From: an uncultured Erysipelotrichaceae bacterium
GTDB taxonomy: Bacteria; Bacillota_I; Bacilli_A; Erysipelotrichales; Erysipelotrichaceae
Reading direction: 5' to 3'
Assembly (NCBI GenBank): GCA_964401865.1
Contig: CAYNZZ010000003.1
Coordinates: 1-32,000 of the forward strand
Length of the DNA stretch: 32,000 bases
Shown: positions 27,279 to 32,000 of the stretch, piece after piece
Layout of the letters: each line of letters begins with the position of its first letter
How positions within the stretch are numbered: position 1 is the stretch's first letter
Position numbers and translations under genes: made by a program
The notes under the pieces: generated by a model
What the model was told of the DNA's origin: nothing
The model's input: only the letters and a program-made list of their open reading frames with translations
The model's database searches: none

Positions 27279-27305
27279 AAAAGGTATGCTTAGTGCATAC
27301 CTTTT
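27279..27305 (+). terminator. Intrinsic terminator after EIID
   Basis: AAAAGGUAUGC-UUAGU-GCAUACCUUUU. Confidence 0.8.
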
Positions 27306-27339
27306 ATATAGATGATATAATTGCATCAGGAGGTATCAT

Positions 27340-27999
27340 ATGCCATCACCTACAATTAGCACTTTAGTATTAATATTTGTTGTACTCGCTATTACAATTT
27401 CTTTATTCATCAATCATAAAAAGAAAAAAATATATGTTGAATTGATTACACTTATTGAAGATGGTGATAGTTTAGAATTTGAAAGTAAAATAAACGACAA
27501 AATGACTAGATTGTTATTCAATCCTTTTCAGTTGGACTATCTAAGATTAAATGAAGCAATAATAAGTACTGATTCTAAAAAAATTGAAGAAGCACTTTCG
27601 ATATTTGACAAACGTCGATTAAACGATAAACAAAAAGAAGATATTTACATGAAAGGATTCAATTATTATATTTCGATCGAAAATAAACAAGGTGCTAAAA
27701 AGTATTTAGATTTAATAAATGAACTTCCAAACGAGCAAATGAAAAAAGAAACTAATATTATTTATGATACTTATATTATGAAAGGTCATCATTACCTAGA
27801 TGAAATAATCGAAGAAACCGAAGAACTTGAAGATACCTATAAAGGTGTAAATGAGTTTTTGATCTCTAAAATGTATGAAAATAAAAATGACGAAAAGATG
27901 GCTAAAGAGTATTATCGAAGGGCCGAGAAACATATGAAATTATTAGATGATAAGCTTAAAAAGGAGCATAAAGAGAAAAAGGATAATAAAACTATTTAA
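27340..27999 (+). CDS. Hypothetical N-terminally membrane-anchored helical-repeat (TPR-like) protein
   Basis: SD AGGAGG, one N-terminal TM segment, then Lys/Glu-rich helical sequence. I recognise no family. Confidence 0.6.
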   Translation: MPSPTISTLVLIFVVLAITISLFINHKKKKIYVELITLIEDGDSLEFESKINDKMTRLLFNPFQLDYLRLNEAIISTDSKKIEEALSIFDKRRLNDKQKEDIYMKGFNYYISIENKQGAKKYLDLINELPNEQMKKETNIIYDTYIMKGHHYLDEIIEETEELEDTYKGVNEFLISKMYENKNDEKMAKEYYRRAEKHMKLLDDKLKKEHKEKKDNKTI

Positions 28000-28020
28000 A
28001 TTGTCTAAAATGCTAATATT

Positions 28021-28055
28021 AAAAACGCAACATAGCTGAGTCTATGTTGCGTTTT
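28021..28055. terminator. Bidirectional intrinsic terminator between convergent genes
   Basis: A 14-bp perfect stem, AAAACGCAACAUAG/CUAUGUUGCGUUUU, with A-runs and T-runs on both sides. Confidence 0.85.
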
Positions 28056-28062
28056 ATATATG

Positions 28063-29376
28063 TTAAAACAATTCTTTTTGGTGAGTAGCGTAAAGATATT
28101 CATCAATGGTGTTTCCAATTCTATCAATAATTAAAAGCTCCGGATCATTTGCTAAAGTTTTTTCTCTAACCTTAGTATATTGAATAGGCATGAATTGGCT
28201 TAATAGATTTAATGGCACACCGTTTTTAAAATTATTTAGTAAGATTGTAACGGCTTTTTCTACATCTTTGTTTTGCATATAATATCTAGAACGATCAGAG
28301 AATGACCATTTGCGCTTATAGGCTATCTCTTCTTCGGTTCCGTGATAGTGTTTTTTCCAATTTTTGTCATTTTGAAGCATAGACTCATCTAATACTTCAA
28401 TAAAATGGCTTTGTTTATCTTCACTGATGCAAGCTTTTTCAGCATAAGCTAGAGCGAATAATCCTTCTCTAGCAGCGAATGTCAATCCTGGACCAACTTT
28501 TAAAATACCAATACCATCTTCAACCAATTCTCTTAGTTTGATTTTAGTTTGATAATCGGTTGAATGACCTTCAAAAATTAGATTAGGATATTTTTTTATT
28601 TCAGCACATAATTGGGTAGCTTTAGCTCGGTCGTATTCGGTACATCCAGAATCTTTCTCCTCAACTCCTGGTTGAACAACGATGGCGATAACTCTACTCC
28701 ATGCATCATCAAGTTTTTCTTCATGAAAGGCTTCTTTGAATGCTTTTACTGTTTTTTGGAAATCTTCTACTTTGGTAACTTGGACCCCCTCATCAACAGC
28801 ACTTGTTGCACCACCTGGAATAGGAACTTCGCTTCCAACGATATAAATAGGTTCGTATGCATTTTCGTTTTCTTTTAAATATTCTTTAAAAGTCTCTTCA
28901 GCGACCTTGGCAAGCCTTGCACCTCGATGGGAAATTATTTCATCAGATAAACGTGTATTAGGATCGTCGCTTTTAACTTTCATACTGGTATCGATATGAA
29001 TTTTGCTAAAGCCCGCTTTTACATATGCACGAATCAAATCTTCGGCGTTTTTCATGGCTTCTTCTTCATCTAAATGTGTCCATGTCAAAGGACCTAAATG
29101 GTCGCCGCCTAAAAATAGTTTTGAAGTATCAAAACCTTCTTTTTCAGCAATCTCGAATACATAATTTTTAAAGTCAACCGGTGTCATTCCGGTATATCCG
29201 CCAAACTGATCGCATTGATTGGCTGTGCTTTCAATTAAAACGCATGAATCAGTAGCTAATCCTTTTTTTATTACTGCTTTAATGACAAAACGATTGGCAC
29301 TGCATGCGGAGTATATCCCAACAGCTTTTCCTTCTTTTTGGATACTGACTAGTCTTTTAAGTGGATTTGTTTTCAT
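28063..29376 (-). CDS. GatZ/KbaZ(AgaZ)-family protein (tagatose-bisphosphate aldolase non-catalytic subunit / tagatose-6-P-converting family)
   Basis: It resembles E. coli KbaZ over its full length: GIYSACSA, ESTANQCDQFGGYTGMTP, GGDHLGP, FEGHSTDYQT, LKVGPGLTF. Confidence 0.9.
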   Translation of the reverse strand: MKTNPLKRLVSIQKEGKAVGIYSACSANRFVIKAVIKKGLATDSCVLIESTANQCDQFGGYTGMTPVDFKNYVFEIAEKEGFDTSKLFLGGDHLGPLTWTHLDEEEAMKNAEDLIRAYVKAGFSKIHIDTSMKVKSDDPNTRLSDEIISHRGARLAKVAEETFKEYLKENENAYEPIYIVGSEVPIPGGATSAVDEGVQVTKVEDFQKTVKAFKEAFHEEKLDDAWSRVIAIVVQPGVEEKDSGCTEYDRAKATQLCAEIKKYPNLIFEGHSTDYQTKIKLRELVEDGIGILKVGPGLTFAAREGLFALAYAEKACISEDKQSHFIEVLDESMLQNDKNWKKHYHGTEEEIAYKRKWSFSDRSRYYMQNKDVEKAVTILLNNFKNGVPLNLLSQFMPIQYTKVREKTLANDPELLIIDRIGNTIDEYLYATHQKELF

Positions 29377-29747
29377 TTCTTCTCCTTTATACTTAAATAA
29401 TAATTTTTAATAGCCGCAAAACTTTCGTCGCTCAGGTCATGTTCAATCAAACACGAATCATTATATGCAATATTTTCTTCAACACCCAAATCAATTAATA
29501 TTTGTGCAATCATTTCGTGCCTTTCATACATTTTTTCTGCCTCGGCGATGCCAATAGAACTTAGTTTTATCAAATTGTCAACTACATCTAAATATCCTTC
29601 ATCTTTTAATTGTTTAAGAGCGATAGATACAGTTGGTCTAGAAAAACTAAGGTATTCAGCAACATCTATCGATCTAACATTTCCTTTTTGTTTAGATATT
29701 ATGTAGATGGCTTCAAGATAATTTTGTCGTGTTTCTGTTTTGTTCAT
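29373..29747 (-). CDS. DtxR/MntR-family transcriptional regulator (short, 124 aa)
   Basis: An N-terminal winged HTH (NYLEAIYII...SIDVAEYLSFSRPTVSIALKQL) and a dimerisation/metal region (ERHEMIAQIL, LIEHDLS). The stop overlaps the gatZ-like start (ATGA). Confidence 0.85.
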   Translation of the reverse strand: MNKTETRQNYLEAIYIISKQKGNVRSIDVAEYLSFSRPTVSIALKQLKDEGYLDVVDNLIKLSSIGIAEAEKMYERHEMIAQILIDLGVEENIAYNDSCLIEHDLSDESFAAIKNYYLSIKEKK

Positions 29748-29753
29748 GTTTTA

Positions 29754-29762
29754 ATTTTAACA
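29754..29762 (-). promoter_or_regulatory. Extended -10 element 6 nt upstream of the MntR-like gene ATG (leaderless candidate)
   Basis: The minus strand reads TGtTAAAAT, then TAAAAC, then ATG (29747). No SD is present. Confidence 0.45.
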
Positions 29763-29811
29763 TGTTTTAATAGTATTGATAAAACAAACTCCTTTAAGTA
29801 TTATTTAATAT

Positions 29812-30078
29812 ATGAAGTTTAGACAAGGCGTTGCGTATTTGTTATCGATAGTGTTTATATATGTTTTTTTGTTTCTTGTAGATTTGACAATAATTTCTGC
29901 AATTATTGAGTTGTTTACTACAAGTTCTTTTGTCAAACTTGTATGTAATGTAGTGTTTTTGTTGATTGTTAATCCGATTTTGACTTATTTAATTGGTGAG
30001 AGAATACCGTTTAAGATATATGGTTTAAAGGTTGAAGAAGGTATTGAAGCTGATCTTAAAAAGGATGTAGACTTATAA
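29812..30078 (+). CDS. Hypothetical small membrane protein (88 aa, 2-3 TM)
   Basis: A hydrophobic ORF in an otherwise empty gap. It has no SD, and TATTAT lies 7 nt upstream of the ATG. Confidence 0.5.
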   Translation: MKFRQGVAYLLSIVFIYVFLFLVDLTIISAIIELFTTSSFVKLVCNVVFLLIVNPILTYLIGERIPFKIYGLKVEEGIEADLKKDVDL

Positions 30079-30096
30079 TCAAGAAGTTGTTATTTA

Positions 30097-30105
30097 TGGT
30101 AGAAT
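30097..30105 (+). promoter_or_regulatory. Extended -10 element 6 nt upstream of the murG ATG (leaderless candidate)
   Basis: TGgTAGAAT, then GATTAT, then ATG 30112. No SD is present. Confidence 0.5.
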
Positions 30106-30111
30106 GATTAT

Positions 30112-31170
30112 ATGAAAATTGTAATGGTTGCAGGGGGTAGTGGTGGGCATATTTATCCTGCTATTACACTGGCTAAAGAATGTATAAATAAAGGACATGA
30201 AGTCTTTTTTATTGGTGCAAATGATAGGATGGAAAAAGATGCAGTTCCATCTTTTGATATAGAATTTATCGGTTTGAATGTCAAAACCACAAGAGGTGGC
30301 ATCATTCAAAAGATGAGCAGTGCATTTTCGATGCTTACGAGTTATCTCAAATCTAAGAGTACATTAAAGAAAAGAAAAGTTGATTTAGTTATTGGTTTTG
30401 GTAATTATATTTCGGTTCCAGTTATTTTGGCGGCAAAAGATTTAAAAATAAAGACGGTTATTCATGAACAGAATTCATTTGTCGGAAGAGCTAATCGTTT
30501 TTTAGATAATAAAGTTGATTTGATAATCGGCTCATATGAAGAAAATAAAGAACAATTTAAGAATCCTAATTTAGTTATTTTAGGTAACCCTCAGTCATCG
30601 GTTGCTTTAAAATGTGAAAGAGATGATAGAGTCATTGCTGATTTAGGACTGGATCCTAATAAAAAGACTTTACTTATTTTTATGGGTTCGCTAGGTTCGG
30701 AAAGTGTAATGAAGAATATTCTAGATTTTTTCAATTTGACTGATGGCTCATATCAAATTATTTATGCGACTGGTTCAAAATTATTTGAAATGGCCAAAGA
30801 CTACTCAAATGACTATATTAAGATTGTTGAAAAAGTAGAAGGCGTTAAAGTGATGAAGAGTTCAACACTGTTATTATCTAGAGCTGGAGCGACTACAATA
30901 GCTGAGATTACATCGGTTGGCATGCCTAGTATTTTAATTCCATCGCCATATGTTCCTAATAATCATCAGTTTTACAACGCTAAGGCGTTAGTGGACAAAA
31001 AAGCAGCTTTGATGCTAGAAGAAAAAGATTTAAACAAAGAAAGTTTAAATGAGTTGATTAATAAATGTATGAATAGCGAAGAATTGCGAAATGAATTATC
31101 TAAAAACGCAAGAAAACAAGCTAGAGATCATGCGATTGAAGATATTATTTTAAGGATAGAAGAATTATGA
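30112..31170 (+). CDS. murG: UDP-N-acetylglucosamine--N-acetylmuramyl-(pentapeptide) pyrophosphoryl-undecaprenol GlcNAc transferase
   Basis: MKIVMVAGGSGGHIYPA with a G-loop, the later HEQN motif and a C-terminal RAGATTIAE. Confidence 0.95.
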   Translation: MKIVMVAGGSGGHIYPAITLAKECINKGHEVFFIGANDRMEKDAVPSFDIEFIGLNVKTTRGGIIQKMSSAFSMLTSYLKSKSTLKKRKVDLVIGFGNYISVPVILAAKDLKIKTVIHEQNSFVGRANRFLDNKVDLIIGSYEENKEQFKNPNLVILGNPQSSVALKCERDDRVIADLGLDPNKKTLLIFMGSLGSESVMKNILDFFNLTDGSYQIIYATGSKLFEMAKDYSNDYIKIVEKVEGVKVMKSSTLLLSRAGATTIAEITSVGMPSILIPSPYVPNNHQFYNAKALVDKKAALMLEEKDLNKESLNELINKCMNSEELRNELSKNARKQARDHAIEDIILRIEEL

Positions 31171-32000
31171 AAAGAGAAGTTTTAAATTTTTTGTCATCGC
31201 ATGGTGATTTAAAAACCGATGCGAAATTTAAAGATATTACTACCATTAAAATTGGTGGCAATATTGCATATTTAGTTTCGCCATATGATATCAATCGACT
31301 ATCTTTAATCATTAAGTTTTTAAGACAAGAAGATATCGACTACAAGATCATTGGTAGAGGATCAAATATTATTTGTGGTAATCAGGATTGGGATGGTTGT
31401 GTCATAAGACTTGAACACCTAAATCAGTATCATTTTGAAGATGACGGTACATTATATGTTGAAGCGGGCGTAACTGCTCCAAGATTAGCTAATGTCATGG
31501 CGGTTCAAGGATTGAGTGGTTTAGAGTTCGCTAGTGGAATACCTGGCACAATTGGTGGTCTTATTTATATGAATGCTGGCGCTTACAAGAAGTCGATGAG
31601 TGATATTATCAGCGAAGTTTTGGTTTTGATTGATGATGAACTTGTATGGATGAAAAATGAAGAGCTAGATTATTCATATCGTTCATCAATCTTTCAAAGA
31701 CATCCAGACTGGGCCATTTTAGCATGCCGATTAAAAGTTGAAAAAGCTAAGCCGGAGGTTATTAAAGAATTAATTGCCGATCGTTTAAAGAGAAGAAGGG
31801 CTACTCAACCTTTAGACAAACCTAGTGCAGGAAGCTGTTTTAGAAATCCTGATAATGATTTTGCGTGGCGTTTAATCGATGCAGTTGGTTTTAGAGGTTA
31901 TCGTTATAATGGAGTAGAGATATCATCTAAGCATCCTAACTTTATTTTGAATGTCAATAATGCGACGGCTGATGATTTTATTACAACCACAAATTTAATT
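31167..32000 (+). CDS. murB: UDP-N-acetylenolpyruvoylglucosamine reductase (partial; runs off the window)
   Basis: My own translation from ATG 31167 (ATGA overlap with the murG stop) gives MKREVLNFL...TIKIGGNIAYLV...IGRGSNII...GIPGTIGG...SAGSCFRNP. The frame is open to position 32000. Confidence 0.93.
   Translation, partial: MKREVLNFLSSHGDLKTDAKFKDITTIKIGGNIAYLVSPYDINRLSLIIKFLRQEDIDYKIIGRGSNIICGNQDWDGCVIRLEHLNQYHFEDDGTLYVEAGVTAPRLANVMAVQGLSGLEFASGIPGTIGGLIYMNAGAYKKSMSDIISEVLVLIDDELVWMKNEELDYSYRSSIFQRHPDWAILACRLKVEKAKPEVIKELIADRLKRRRATQPLDKPSAGSCFRNPDNDFAWRLIDAVGFRGYRYNGVEISSKHPNFILNVNNATADDFITTTNLI

Noticed and set aside
29759-29766. Palindrome AACATGTT as an MntR-type operator
   Set aside because: It is only 8 bp and the flanks do not extend the symmetry. 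It overlaps the predicted extended -10 element, which explains the sequence adequately.
1-32000. Mobile elements, prophage, toxin-antitoxin pairs or a classical defence island outside the CRISPR edge
   Set aside because: I recognised no transposase, integrase, recombinase, terminal inverted repeats or small two-gene cassettes. From about 8.6 kb onward the genes are ordinary housekeeping or sugar metabolism genes.

Overview
This looks like a chromosomal window from a low-GC Bacillota-type bacterium using the standard genetic code. Supporting markers are an rplU-prp-rpmA-obg block, DegV, DnaE and a lipoprotein substrate-binding protein.

The most unusual region is the left edge (1-1381). It holds the promoter-distal end of a type II-like CRISPR array: four identical 36-nt repeats and 30-nt spacers, with the array continuing upstream of the window. 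On the same strand follows a very AT-rich ORF for a P-loop ATPase with intact Walker A and B motifs. After that comes a convincing tracrRNA whose anti-repeat overlaps the ATPase stop codon. An array -> ATPase -> tracrRNA order is not the canonical type II layout. No cas9, cas1 or cas2 lies in the 30 kb to the right. I cannot see what lies to the left, and I cannot run homology searches.

The rest of the window is mostly recognisable:
- A guanine-class purine riboswitch controls a 6-gene operon (PotABCD-like ABC importer, adenine deaminase, MtaD-like amidohydrolase).
- DegV is followed by an overlapping dnaE / two-component system / methyltransferase chain and a UPF0597 cysteine-desulfidase-like gene.
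- rplU-prp-rpmA-obg is followed by a butyrate kinase gene with TAG at codon 2, then ruvAB.
- A galactosamine/GalNAc-like cluster has AgaS, mannose-family PTS EIIA/B/C/D and a GatZ/KbaZ-family protein coupled to an MntR-like regulator, but no aldolase or kinase partner.
- murG and a partial murB close the window.

A recurrent -10 box / 6-7 nt / ATG geometry without a Shine-Dalgarno sequence suggests several leaderless mRNAs. I saw no transposase, integrase or prophage genes.
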